Shown piece by piece: positions 10,361 through 19,701 of a stretch of DNA of 64,000 nucleotides. The notes under the pieces are model-generated. The model saw only the letters and a list, made by a program, of their open reading frames with translations. It ran no database searches and had not been told where the DNA came from. The translations under genes and the position numbers were made by a program. Positions within the stretch are counted from its first letter, which is position 1, and every line of letters starts with the position of its first letter. The stretch is from the NCBI GenBank assembly GCA_045579245.1, contig JAZNLU010000044.1:1243-65242 (forward strand), read 5' to 3'. The DNA comes from Akkermansia sp. (GTDB lineage Bacteria; Verrucomicrobiota; Verrucomicrobiia; Verrucomicrobiales; Akkermansiaceae).

Positions 10361-10456
10361 GAATTCCCTCCCGGTATGCTTTAACTCAATTCGCAGAAAG
10401 TATAGCGAACCTCAAACAAGCCAACAAGTCAATTCAACGCCTAAAAGATTGATAAG

Positions 10457-10503
10457 CATCACTTTATGCATACGGACTAAAAGTCCGTATGCATAAAGTG
10501 ATG
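10457..10503. repeat. 47-nt perfect palindrome (22-bp stem, 3-nt loop)
   Basis: CATCACTTTATGCATACGGACT-aaa-AGTCCGTATGCATAAAGTGATG, checked base by base. It lies between the stop of 10534..11259 and the start of 10034..10360, both on the minus strand. Confidence 0.9.
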
Positions 10504-10533
10504 AATTTTCCCTGAAAAATAGGAAAAAAGGAA

Positions 10534-11259
10534 TCAATAGGGTATTGTAAGGGCAATCAGCATTACCCAAAGAGGCAGCAACACACCGGCAGCCACGGCG
10601 GCAAAGAGAGCCACGCGCAAAGTACAACGCAGAGCCAAAATCGCTGCGGCAAACTCTAGCAGCGCCACCATAGCAAGAACAGCAATAACGCCAATTCGGT
10701 AGTCCATGTTAACTGATGGCGCAACGAGCATGAAATACAGCCCCACCAACACCATACAATCCGCAACCATGGCCAGTGACAGCAGCGCTTCACCACCGGC
10801 AGAAACATAACCACCCCGGTTGGCAGCTTTGTTGGCAAACCAGAAACACAGGAAAAAAGCCATCAGCAAGGGCAGCAGGAGTATAGGAAACGGAATCGAC
10901 TCCGAGCTGTGCATATACAAAGGAATGAGCGGAGCAGCGAGAGCAAGTCCCACTGCATCATGAGCCCGGGAGGGAGCGGCATGCATCCGCAGCACAGCAA
11001 ACAGATAAACCAGAAGCAGCGGCAGAATTTCCAACGCAAAAAACGATATATCAAACCCTACAGGCAACTGCACGGGACCGAGGGAATCACAGGAAAGGAG
11101 CATTAGCACCTGCAGCACGACTATTTGGAAAGTACAGAGCGCAGCACGCACGTTCAAATCCTTAGTTCCCCCCGCCCACCAAAGAGCAAGAAACACGACC
11201 ACCGCCTGCCCCGTTATCGGCAGCAGCCCGTAAGTCAGAAACGTTTCCGCAGCAGACAT
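10534..11259 (-). CDS. Polytopic membrane protein, unknown function
   Basis: 241 aa, almost entirely hydrophobic helices. I recognise no motif. Confidence 0.5.
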   Translation of the reverse strand: MSAAETFLTYGLLPITGQAVVVFLALWWAGGTKDLNVRAALCTFQIVVLQVLMLLSCDSLGPVQLPVGFDISFFALEILPLLLVYLFAVLRMHAAPSRAHDAVGLALAAPLIPLYMHSSESIPFPILLLPLLMAFFLCFWFANKAANRGGYVSAGGEALLSLAMVADCMVLVGLYFMLVAPSVNMDYRIGVIAVLAMVALLEFAAAILALRCTLRVALFAAVAAGVLLPLWVMLIALTIPY

Positions 11260-11446
11260 GTAAAGATAAGCGTTGAAATTCCAAGTTCTCCCGCATCCTA
11301 CCCGATTTTGAAACGAATTGCAAAGAAAAAAGCAAAATCAGCCCTAATAATCAGCTAAATCAGCACAATATCTCAGAAGAGCCCCCTCCGGCGAAAATCC
11401 CCGCAACGCATCAACGACAAATCAAAGACGCACAAATCGTCAGGCA

Positions 11447-13765
11447 TCATTCATCCTCTCCCTCAGCTTCCTCCAAACGCTGCACAGCTTCCCGGTAGAT
11501 GCGATTGGCTTTTTTGACATTGCCGGCATTTTCATAGAGTTCCACCAACTGCTTTTGGATTTCCACTTCCTTGGAGAGTTTGAAATAATCGCCGCCACCG
11601 GTGCGGATATGGCGTTCAAAGAGTTTTTCCACCTCTTTGGCGAGAGCGCCCCACTCGCGCTCACTTGCCTCCGCCTCACTGTAATGCTGGACGCACTGAG
11701 TGAGCAATTCCTGAAACACATCCCCACGGGAGGTAAAGCCTTTGAGCTCTTTTTTGTAGAGTCGCAGCAGACCGCGCACATCCCCCTTCTCCGAAAGAAG
11801 AGTTGCCTGACGATTGATTGCCTCCACCACCAAATCACTGCGTCCCTCCCCAACATTACGCCGCATGTTGCGTATATTGCGTTCCATGGCAGCCTTGCGG
11901 GATGCCGCATTTCCGGAAGTCATGAGATACTCATCCTCCACATAGGCAGCGAGGTCATTCAGCTCCGAATTCCTGCGGGTGTTGCGGAGGATGCGGCGGT
12001 GCAGATGCTGCCACTCCTCAGCAGACACCTTCTGTGCGCCATCCGCCTCCATCACCTCCACCAGATTATCCCACGCCGCCGTATTCTCCGGGAACGCCCC
12101 TGCCACATAACGGGCAGCACCGAGAGCCTCTGCATGACCGCCGATACTGAGCATGAAACGGGAAAACACCAAGGCATCCGCCAGCGTATTGAATTTTTCC
12201 GGATTATCACGGGCAGTGCGTGTCAGGAGCATGGATTCATGGTGCTCCCGCCCGGAACAGGGATTATCGAACACCCCGGTCGAATAGCCGTAGGAATTGA
12301 CCTGTTTCCACTCTCTGTCGGAAACCTGAGTCACCACCCAGGCATGCGGTCCGCGGTCACCATCGCCCACCGCAATCACCGTCGGAATCCCCATCACCTT
12401 GGCAGAATTGGCGGCAAAATATGCCTGATCGCGGCAAACACCGCCCTCCTCCAAAATCTCCTCAAAAGTGTAAGTAGTGTAGGGATCTGTATCCCTGGTG
12501 GCTCGCTCCATGAGGTAATGCACGGAATTATATGCCTTTTGCGCCCAGGAAGCGCGGTCATATTTCAGATTTTTGGTCACCCAATTCACCTCTGACATGG
12601 GCAGACGAAAATCCACCACCATCAGGAGCCGCTCCACGCTCATCTTTTTCACATCGGTCAGCAGGCGGCGGTGTCTGTCCTGCTCACGAAAATACCCGAA
12701 CATCTGCACCGGGGTCAGGCGGGGAGTTTTGAGCCGCACAAGCCCGGGAGAAGCCACAGTCTCCGGGCTGAGCAGTGAGCAGGCCAACGCCAGGTTCAGA
12801 TAACGCCCCCTGTCCTGTTCCGGCGTAGTTTTCCATATGGAGAAAAAAGTACGCAGAGAGTGTGCCATATTCTCCGCATCTCCCTCCTGAGCCACAAAAT
12901 TGCGGATAAAAGCACGCAGCGGGCGCACGCGGTCACGCACCATCCAGTTCATGAACTGTTTACCCAAGCCGGACTCTTTCCCCTGAGTAAGCTCCTTCAA
13001 GTACTCTGGACCCACGGTGTTGATGAGAAAGCACAGCTCCACTGCCGACATCAGTGATTCCGAACGACGATAGGCAGCATAATTCAACTTGCTGCCGCTG
13101 AGAATTTCCTGAGCTGCACTGCGGATACCCGGGATGAGCCCCTGAGACAGAGCTGCGTAATCTCCCTCCTCCAGCGTGTGAAGGACAGCGCGCTCAAATG
13201 CCGTGGCATCCATCACACTGACAGGCTGCACAGCCGAATCAACAGGCTGCGGTTCGGGTTGAACTTCCGTGCGGGCATCGGGAGTCGTATTCTCCAGTGC
13301 CGCAGATTCAACGGCGGGAACAGTCTGCTCAGCGGGCGGGGCGGGCTCATCTTTCTGCTCCGCCGCCGGAGCCGGGGCAGGAGTCGGCTCCGGAGTTTCC
13401 GGTTTCGGGGTCGGGGTCTCCGGCGCGGGCGACTCGGCATCGGGAAGCAATGGCGGGGCTTTAGAGTCCCGGGCAGGCTCTTGCGGAGTAATTGCAGCAG
13501 CAGATTGTTCCCGCGAACGCTGCGCCTTTTCTGCAGCGCGCTGACTCAGACGCTCTCTTGCCTGAGCTATGCTGTGTTCCCGCTGAGCCGCTTTTTGTTC
13601 CTCTTCTGACTGATTATGGATAAAAAACTGCCATATACCGATGATGACAAGAAAGCCTGACAGCACAGAAGCAATAATGATAATCAAACGATTTCCCCTC
13701 TTGTGCTGAGGCGGAGTTGCGGGAATTTCTGATGAAATTTCAGGTAAGTCGGGTATTTCATCCAT
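11447..13765 (-). CDS. Transglutaminase-like (Cys-protease fold) protein with N-terminal TM helix, Pro/Glu-rich linker and helical-repeat C-terminus
   Basis: GGVCRDQAYFAANSAKVMGIPTVIAVGDGDRGPHAWV matches the transglutaminase-core Cys...His pattern. There is a TM segment LIIIIASVLSGFLVIIGIW and a low-complexity stretch PAPETPTPKPETPEPTPAPAPA. Confidence 0.6.
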   Translation of the reverse strand: MDEIPDLPEISSEIPATPPQHKRGNRLIIIIASVLSGFLVIIGIWQFFIHNQSEEEQKAAQREHSIAQARERLSQRAAEKAQRSREQSAAAITPQEPARDSKAPPLLPDAESPAPETPTPKPETPEPTPAPAPAAEQKDEPAPPAEQTVPAVESAALENTTPDARTEVQPEPQPVDSAVQPVSVMDATAFERAVLHTLEEGDYAALSQGLIPGIRSAAQEILSGSKLNYAAYRRSESLMSAVELCFLINTVGPEYLKELTQGKESGLGKQFMNWMVRDRVRPLRAFIRNFVAQEGDAENMAHSLRTFFSIWKTTPEQDRGRYLNLALACSLLSPETVASPGLVRLKTPRLTPVQMFGYFREQDRHRRLLTDVKKMSVERLLMVVDFRLPMSEVNWVTKNLKYDRASWAQKAYNSVHYLMERATRDTDPYTTYTFEEILEEGGVCRDQAYFAANSAKVMGIPTVIAVGDGDRGPHAWVVTQVSDREWKQVNSYGYSTGVFDNPCSGREHHESMLLTRTARDNPEKFNTLADALVFSRFMLSIGGHAEALGAARYVAGAFPENTAAWDNLVEVMEADGAQKVSAEEWQHLHRRILRNTRRNSELNDLAAYVEDEYLMTSGNAASRKAAMERNIRNMRRNVGEGRSDLVVEAINRQATLLSEKGDVRGLLRLYKKELKGFTSRGDVFQELLTQCVQHYSEAEASEREWGALAKEVEKLFERHIRTGGGDYFKLSKEVEIQKQLVELYENAGNVKKANRIYREAVQRLEEAEGEDE

Positions 13766-13808
13766 ACCCCGCTATGCTAACGGATTTTTTCCGCAAGTAA
13801 AGCAAATT

Positions 13809-14546
13809 TTACTTATCCAGCGCGTAGCGGACAGAAGAAAGAGCCATGAACACAGCCGTTTCCACGCGGAGGATGATGGGCCCCAGCGAAATGGGGGCAA
13901 AGCCACACTGCATGGCAGCGGCATATTCAGCAGGGCTGAAATCCCCCTCCGGTCCAATGAGCAACAGAGCATTCTGCTGCCCGGCTGCGCGGGCTTCCTC
14001 CAGCACCGTGCGCATGGGAGCGGATTCCGGCAGGATGGCGCAAACCAATTTCAGCTCCGGCAAATTCGCACGTTTCAGGAAGTCGGCATAGCTCTGGGGC
14101 AGTTCCACCACCGGCAGGGTGTTAACACCGCACTGCTTGCAGGCTTCCAGAGCCGTGCGCTGCCACTTGGAAGCTTTGGCGGCGGCTTCCTTGGCATTGA
14201 GCCTCACAATGGTACGCTCTGATACCAGGGGGATGATACGCTGCACGCCCAGCTCCACGGCTTTCTGTACAATCAAATCCATGTTTCCCCCTTTGGGGAT
14301 AGCCAGAGCCAGCGTGACACCTGCCACCGGGGGCATGGGCGGCAGGGGGCGCAGCTCACCCAGTGTGAGCAAACCACCGCCTGCCGCCGTTATTCGGGCG
14401 CGAGCCGCATGCCCTGCACCGTCAAAGACCTCACACTCATCCCCTGTTCGCAGCCGCATGACCCGCAAGGCATGGTGCGCCTCCTCCCCCTCCAGCGTGA
14501 GCGCGGGAGCGGAAAAATCTGCAGCGGGCAGATAGCAGCGGTGCAT
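13809..14546 (-). CDS. rsmE: 16S rRNA (uracil1498-N3)-methyltransferase
   Basis: MHRCYLP...LEGEEAHHALRVMRLRTGDECEVFDGAG, then LALAIPKGGNMDLIVQKAVELGV and a C-terminal LLIGPEGDFSPAE. This is the typical RsmE layout. Confidence 0.85.
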   Translation of the reverse strand: MHRCYLPAADFSAPALTLEGEEAHHALRVMRLRTGDECEVFDGAGHAARARITAAGGGLLTLGELRPLPPMPPVAGVTLALAIPKGGNMDLIVQKAVELGVQRIIPLVSERTIVRLNAKEAAAKASKWQRTALEACKQCGVNTLPVVELPQSYADFLKRANLPELKLVCAILPESAPMRTVLEEARAAGQQNALLLIGPEGDFSPAEYAAAMQCGFAPISLGPIILRVETAVFMALSSVRYALDK

Positions 14547-14568
14547 AACGGGAATAGAGGGATGATTG

Positions 14569-15711
14569 TTACTTCATGAATCGAGCCGCGCGCTTGCGGA
14601 ACTCATTCACCTCCGGGTGATTGGAATCCTTAAGTGTCTCCGTGAAAGCCTTCAGAGCCTTTTCCTGAGCAGAGGAAAGCTTGGTGGGAGTTTCCACCTG
14701 CACCTCTACCAGCAGGTCTCCGCGCCCGCTGCCCTTCAGCGCAGGAACCCCCTGATTACGGAGGCGGAAAATAGTACCGCTCTGCGTACCGGCAGGCATC
14801 TTAAGCTTAGACGGGCCATCCATGGTTGGTACGGTGAGCACTCCTCCGCAGGCGGCATCCGCCAGAGTCACGGGCATGGAGCAAAGCAAATCAGTCCCCT
14901 CACGGGTAAAAATATCATGCGGTTTCACCTCAATGAACACATAGAGGTCACCTGTCTCACCACCGTGTACCCCGGCATCGCCGTTCCCGGAGGAGCGCAG
15001 CTTGGTGCCGGTGTCTACCCCGGCAGGGACATGAAGTGTAATCTTGACATCCTTGTGCACACGCCCCTCACCGTGGCAGTGGGAACAGGGATTGCTGATG
15101 GTTTGTCCCGCACCGTGACAGGTGGGACAGGTGCTCTGCTGTACAAAGAAGCCGCTCTGGCGCGTCACCACTCCCGAACCGTGGCAGGTAGGACACTGCT
15201 TAAAGCCGGATGACCCATCCTTGGAACCGGTGGCATCACACTTATCACAGGGAACCATGCGCTCGATTTCCAGTGTCTTATCACAACCGTGCACCGCTTC
15301 CTCAAGCGTGATATCCAAATCATAGCGCAAATCGGCCCCGGGACGGCGCGGATCAGCCCGGCGCTGCCGCCCACCGCCGCCGAAACCGCCGAAACCGCCA
15401 AACCCGCCGCCGAACATCTGGGCAAAGATATCCATGGGGTCGGTAAAGCCGCCGAAACCGCCGCCGCCGGCACCGTTCATGCCGCCGTTCTTGAAAGCTT
15501 CATGACCCATGCGGTCATAGGCAGCCCGCTTGTCAGCATCACTGAGCACCTCATAGGCCTCACCGATTTCCTTGAACTTCTCCTCAGCTTCCTTGTTATC
15601 CGGATTTCTGTCCGGATGATACTTCATGGCAAGCTTGCGGTATGCCTTCTTGATGGCTGCGTCATCCGCACTGCGGTCTACGCCCAGCACCTCATAATAA
15701 TCCTTGGACAT
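14569..15711 (-). CDS. dnaJ: Molecular chaperone DnaJ
   Basis: A J-domain (KDYYEVLGV...YHPDRNP), a G/F-rich region and four CxxCxGxG zinc motifs ([32 protein letters not shown]). Confidence 0.95.
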   Translation of the reverse strand: MSKDYYEVLGVDRSADDAAIKKAYRKLAMKYHPDRNPDNKEAEEKFKEIGEAYEVLSDADKRAAYDRMGHEAFKNGGMNGAGGGGFGGFTDPMDIFAQMFGGGFGGFGGFGGGGRQRRADPRRPGADLRYDLDITLEEAVHGCDKTLEIERMVPCDKCDATGSKDGSSGFKQCPTCHGSGVVTRQSGFFVQQSTCPTCHGAGQTISNPCSHCHGEGRVHKDVKITLHVPAGVDTGTKLRSSGNGDAGVHGGETGDLYVFIEVKPHDIFTREGTDLLCSMPVTLADAACGGVLTVPTMDGPSKLKMPAGTQSGTIFRLRNQGVPALKGSGRGDLLVEVQVETPTKLSSAQEKALKAFTETLKDSNHPEVNEFRKRAARFMK

Positions 15712-15723
15712 GGCGGGAAATGC

Positions 15724-16290
15724 TTAGTCTTTCTTCTCCTCCTCCGCAGGAGCGGCAGCCGTCACCACATTGGCGGGACGCAGCAGACGCCCGCGCAGGT
15801 TGTAGCCCTTGCGCAGGATGCGCAGGATAGTGCCTTCGGGCTGCTCGGAAGGCTCGCTCATGATAGCCTCATGGATATTGTGGTCAAACATCTGCCCGAC
15901 CTCAGTAGCAATGGGCTCTACTCCCTGCCCCTCCAGAAAATCCACCAGCTGCTTCTGCACCATGCTCATGCCGATGTAAATCATGGAGGATGTATCCTGC
16001 CCGGCCATCTGCATGCCCATCTCGAAATTATCTATCACCGGCAATAACTCCTCCAGAAGGCTGCGGTTGGCGTACTTTGTGAAATCTTCTCGGTCTTTTA
16101 CGCAACGCTTACGGTAGTTATCATACTCAGCAGCCGTGCGCATGGCCAGCTCACGCCATTTGGTCAGCTCATCCACGGGAGTCTCCTGCTCGCACGCAGC
16201 TTCCTCCGCCGCAGCATCAGACATCTGTTCCTCGGTCAGAGGTGTTTCCTCATCAGGTTGGGGCTGATTGTTCTGTTCTTCCTTGCTCAT
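15724..16290 (-). CDS. grpE: Nucleotide exchange factor GrpE
   Basis: 188 aa immediately upstream of dnaJ. It has an acidic N-terminus, a coiled-coil (WRELAMRTAAEYDNYRKR) and a C-terminal VVTAAAP-type beta domain. Confidence 0.9.
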   Translation of the reverse strand: MSKEEQNNQPQPDEETPLTEEQMSDAAAEEAACEQETPVDELTKWRELAMRTAAEYDNYRKRCVKDREDFTKYANRSLLEELLPVIDNFEMGMQMAGQDTSSMIYIGMSMVQKQLVDFLEGQGVEPIATEVGQMFDHNIHEAIMSEPSEQPEGTILRILRKGYNLRGRLLRPANVVTAAAPAEEEKKD

Positions 16291-16296
16291 GACTCT

Positions 16297-16325
16297 ATCC
16301 TACTGCAAAAAAGCGCTCCCGTCAA
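16297..16325 (-). promoter_or_regulatory. Sigma70-like promoter candidate for grpE-dnaJ (near-leaderless)
   Basis: On the minus strand this reads TTGACG (16325-16320), a 17-nt spacer, then TAGGAT (16302-16297). Only 6 nt separate the -10 from the grpE ATG. I found no CIRCE element. Confidence 0.3.
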
Positions 16326-16984
16326 TAGCCGCATGTGACAGCTCTGGCAACTTGGTCACGCCCGCATTGCCTCAAAAAAAAAATTCGAGCTCAACAAGGA
16401 ATCGCCGTTTCGCCTATAGTGATGAAGTTTTTCGGTTGTCTCAAAATTACAAGCACTATAATACCTATATGCACTTAATGATGAAAGGAAAAGAAAAAGA
16501 AAGGTTCGTTTTGAGGTCTAGACTTCTCTATAGTAAATGCACTACTCGCAGCTAGAAATCAGCAATCATAAATGACCTATTTAGTTGCCCTAATTGGAAA
16601 TCCCCATGAGAAAGAAAGTGCTGATTTGGGGGCGTTTCCCTTAAATACGCTGTCGCCGTTATGGGAAACATAGCGGGATAAACTGCGGAAAAGCGTGAAG
16701 ATAAGAAACTTGTTGTTTTGGTGCTCTGGGTAGATTTCTACCGAGTACACCATAACCATAGCGGGCAGGAGGCTCGGGGGGTGTTTTGCCTCCCGCATTA
16801 CATATTTCACCCCAGCAGGGTGTATCGCCGCGCCTCACTTGAGGGGCAAGCCGTGAATAAATGAGAAATTATCGGCAAACCTTGCCAGCCCCCTGCCACC
16901 CATCGGCAAGCCCTCGGCAGGGGGACTGCCAGTCAACTGAAAAGGCGTTGAGGATTTTTCCCAACGCCTGATTTATTTTCCTGC

Positions 16985-17326
16985 TCACTCCAGCGGCCAT
17001 TGATAGCTCACATACGCCACGCGGTTGTTTCTGCCCGCCCTCAGCGGGTCAATCCCGCACGCCAGCAATATGCTCAAGCAATCGCGTATCAGGTCGCGCC
17101 CAGAGGCCGATGCTTGCGGCTCCTCTGCCCTCAGCTCAGCCACCACGGCCTCAGCCAAATCATCCGTAGTGCGGCCATCAGCCGTCCACAAATAACGCTG
17201 GTAAATCTGCCCTCCGACAGGCGAAATCTCCTCCACCGCGTCCAGATCTCCGAGCAAATCCGTCAAAAACACCTCCTGCGTCTCCTTGGGCGCACCCGGT
17301 TTCAGCGGGCGTGCCAAATATCGCAT
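16985..17326 (-). CDS. Hypothetical protein (113 aa)
   Basis: The composition is protein-like and acidic (…DLDAVEEISPVGGQIYQRYLWTADGRTTDDLAEAVVAELRAEE…). I recognise no motif. It overlaps the upstream ORF by 149 nt in another frame. Confidence 0.4.
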   Translation of the reverse strand: MRYLARPLKPGAPKETQEVFLTDLLGDLDAVEEISPVGGQIYQRYLWTADGRTTDDLAEAVVAELRAEEPQASASGRDLIRDCLSILLACGIDPLRAGRNNRVAYVSYQWPLE

Positions 17327-17843
17327 CCCTCAGCCGCCGCCGGAAAACCCTCTCGGCCTCCTCACTCAACACAGCTTCCAGCTTCGCCCACGGCACCTGC
17401 GTCTGCCTTTGCCGCAGCTTATCCAACTGGGTCTCATACGCCTCATCAGGCTGCATCCCACCTTGCACCTTAGCGGTGACCTGATGCCACCACTCCAGCA
17501 GCGTATCAAGTGCCGCAATCAGCCTCGGGCGCAACCTCTCCGGGTTAATATACCACGTTGCGGGCTCCGTCCCCTTTTCATACGGCGGGAAAGGCAGTTT
17601 CTTCCCGTTGCCGATAAATCGGAAACTCCTGTGCAGCGGGTAAATATAGCGGTAAGTCTTCGCCCGGAACGGCACCATATCACCCGCCAGCAGCTCCGCA
17701 TTCGTTCGCATGAACCCACTCGCGCAGGTGGCATTCGTCAGGTTCTGCTCATGGTTCACCTCACCGCTGCGGCGGTTGTGCAGGAAAGTCGTCCAATGGT
17801 AGCCATAATAATCAACATTCGCCCCTTGTAAATCGTCCCGCAT
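17178..17843 (-). CDS. Hypothetical protein, possibly frameshifted relative to 16985..17326
   Basis: The track ORF is 17178..17957. Its first 38 aa are Cys/Trp/Arg-rich junk, so I start at the ATG at 17843 (MRDDLQGANVDYYGYHW...). The last ~45 aa (…GCAQGDAGGVFDGFARRSGRGGGDF…) also look non-coding, suggesting the true frame switches into 16985..17326 near 17320. Confidence 0.35.
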   Translation of the reverse strand: MRDDLQGANVDYYGYHWTTFLHNRRSGEVNHEQNLTNATCASGFMRTNAELLAGDMVPFRAKTYRYIYPLHRSFRFIGNGKKLPFPPYEKGTEPATWYINPERLRPRLIAALDTLLEWWHQVTAKVQGGMQPDEAYETQLDKLRQRQTQVPWAKLEAVLSEEAERVFRRRLRDAIFGTPAETGCAQGDAGGVFDGFARRSGRGGGDFACRRADLPALFVDG

Positions 17844-18040
17844 CCCACGCGGCCATCGGCAAAACTCTGCACCGCCACAATCGTTGGGGCAAGCCGGCGA
17901 AGGAGCTTGAAACTCGCCCCAGCAGAATCGTCTCCGAGTTCCTGCCCAGCGAATCATCCAGCCACATACGGTTCAGCTCAATCATCCATCCGCCCGGCAC
18001 ACTGCTCTCACACACCCGCGCCCTGGGCGACTTCATATAG

Positions 18041-19045
18041 CCAAACGCCGCCACCACCGGCATCACCGCAACCGCCGGCATCGGCACCAACCTGTATCTG
18101 GCCAAGGTGGCTATGGATATCGTGGCGAAGCATATCCCGGCGGATGCAGAAGGCGTACGCATCGCCGAGCTGGATGAAATGAGCTACCGCCGCATGCTGT
18201 GGAATCACCGTCCGCTTACAGACTTCTGGCGTGTGGGAAAAGGCTACGTACGGAAGCTGGAGCAACATGGTCTCTATACCATGGGCGATATAGCCCGGCG
18301 TTCGGTGCAGAATGAGGAATCCCTGTACCGCATGTTCGGCAAGAATGCCGAGTTGCTCATTGATCACGCATGGGGCTGGGAGCCTTGTACTGTTGAAGCA
18401 ATCAAAGCCTATCACCCGGAGTCGAAGAGCCTTGGTTCCGGGCAGGTACTGCACGAGCCCTATGCCCCGGAGAAAGCCAAGCTGGTGTTGCGGGAGATGG
18501 TCGACCTTCTTGTGTTGGATCTGGTTGAAAAAGGTTTAGTGACTGACCAGATTGTCATCACGGTAGGCTATGACATTGAGAATCTTACCGACCCGGTACG
18601 CCGCCGGCAATACAGAGGCGCTATTACCACCGATGCGTATGGACGAGAGGTACCGGTGCATTCCCACGGCACACACAACCTCGGGCGCTATACATCCTCT
18701 ACAAAGCTGATTCTGCAAGCCGTCACCGAGCTGTCCGACAGGCTTGTGGATATAAATCTACTGGTGCGCCGGCTTAATATCGTTGCCAATCACGTTATCC
18801 CGGAGGACAAAGCGCCGCAGCAGGAACACTCAATGCAGCAACTCGATCTCTTTACCGATCACGAGGCCGAAGCAGCCCGGAAGGAAGAGGAGGACGCGCA
18901 GCTAAACAAAGAGCGCAAGATGCAGCAAGCCCTGCTGAGCATCAGAGGCAAGTTCGGTAAGAATGCCATTCTCCGGGGTATGAATCTGGAAGAAGGCGCC
19001 ACCACCCGCAATCGCAACGAGCAGATAGGAGGACACAAGGCATGA
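18041..19045 (+). pseudogene. Y-family DNA polymerase (DinB/UmuC-like), 5'-truncated remnant
   Basis: The open frame starts just after a TAG at 18038-18040 and reads PNAATTGITATAGIGTNLYLAKVAMDIVAKH.... This is the G-I-(A/G)-x-N-K/L-x-LAK-x-A motif that normally sits about 100-150 aa into the protein. The little-finger region follows. The N-terminal palm with the catalytic Asp/Glu is absent in every frame upstream. Confidence 0.7.
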
Positions 19046-19506
19046 TGTACGATGCTGAAGACAAATACGCAGATATCATCCATCTGCCCCACCACGTTTC
19101 TCGGAAACACCCGCAGATGAGCATGGCTGATCGCGCTGCCCAGTTCTCCCCCTTTGCCGCACTCACGGGCCATGACGCCGCAATCGCCGAAGCCGCCCGC
19201 CTCACAGACGAGCGCCCTATTCTGGATGAATCAGTAAAGCAGGAAATCTCCAACCTTCTCCAACTGGCCACAACCGATTCCAACCTTGTCCTGAATATCG
19301 TTTACTTCGTCCCGGACACCCGCAAGTCCGGCGGCGCCTACATGGAAATCACCGGGCGCATCAAAAAGCTTATACCGCATGAGAAGCTGCTTATCATGGA
19401 CACCGGCACCCGCATCCCGGTGGAGGATATTGCGGAGGTTTCAGCTTCTTACAGATTTAATGATAGCAAGCCTTTGGTGCAGTCTGTCTTACCGAAAGAA
19501 AGCTAA
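19042..19506 (+). CDS. YolD-like protein
   Basis: 154 aa. Its ATG overlaps the polymerase stop (ATGA). MSMADRAAQFSPFAALTGHDAAI is the YolD-type core usually encoded next to Y-family polymerases. Confidence 0.6.
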   Translation: MMYDAEDKYADIIHLPHHVSRKHPQMSMADRAAQFSPFAALTGHDAAIAEAARLTDERPILDESVKQEISNLLQLATTDSNLVLNIVYFVPDTRKSGGAYMEITGRIKKLIPHEKLLIMDTGTRIPVEDIAEVSASYRFNDSKPLVQSVLPKES

Positions 19507-19641
19507 GCTCTGTTCATTTGTTCCGCTAAAGCTGTACCCCTTAGAGCCCTCCTGAACGTCTGTTTAGATCACTCTCCGTGGTATTAGCTGGCATCTTAGT
19601 CTCCGTTCGTGCAATATGACGGTATAACTGCTGAGGGTTGC

Positions 19642-19669
19642 TTGACTTAAGCCCTTCAAATGTTACAAT
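19642..19669 (+). promoter_or_regulatory. Sigma70-like promoter with extended -10
   Basis: TTGACT (19642-19647), a 16-nt spacer, then TGtTACAAT (-10 at 19664-19669), about 33 nt upstream of the ATG at 19702. Confidence 0.45.
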
Positions 19670-19701
19670 ACTACCATGTCTGTGAAAGGATATTTTGCCG
19701 T

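Noticed and set aside
16291-16420. A CIRCE/HrcA operator upstream of grpE
   Set aside because: I looked for TTAGCACTC-N9-GAGTGCTAA-like inverted repeats and found none.
16577-16810. A 77-aa minus-strand ORF in the AT-rich grpE-upstream region, considered as a possible toxin/antitoxin
   Set aside because: I recognise no RelE/ParE/HigB-like motif, there is no partner ORF and the sequence is odd. I leave it unannotated. It does overlap the candidate att 11-mer.
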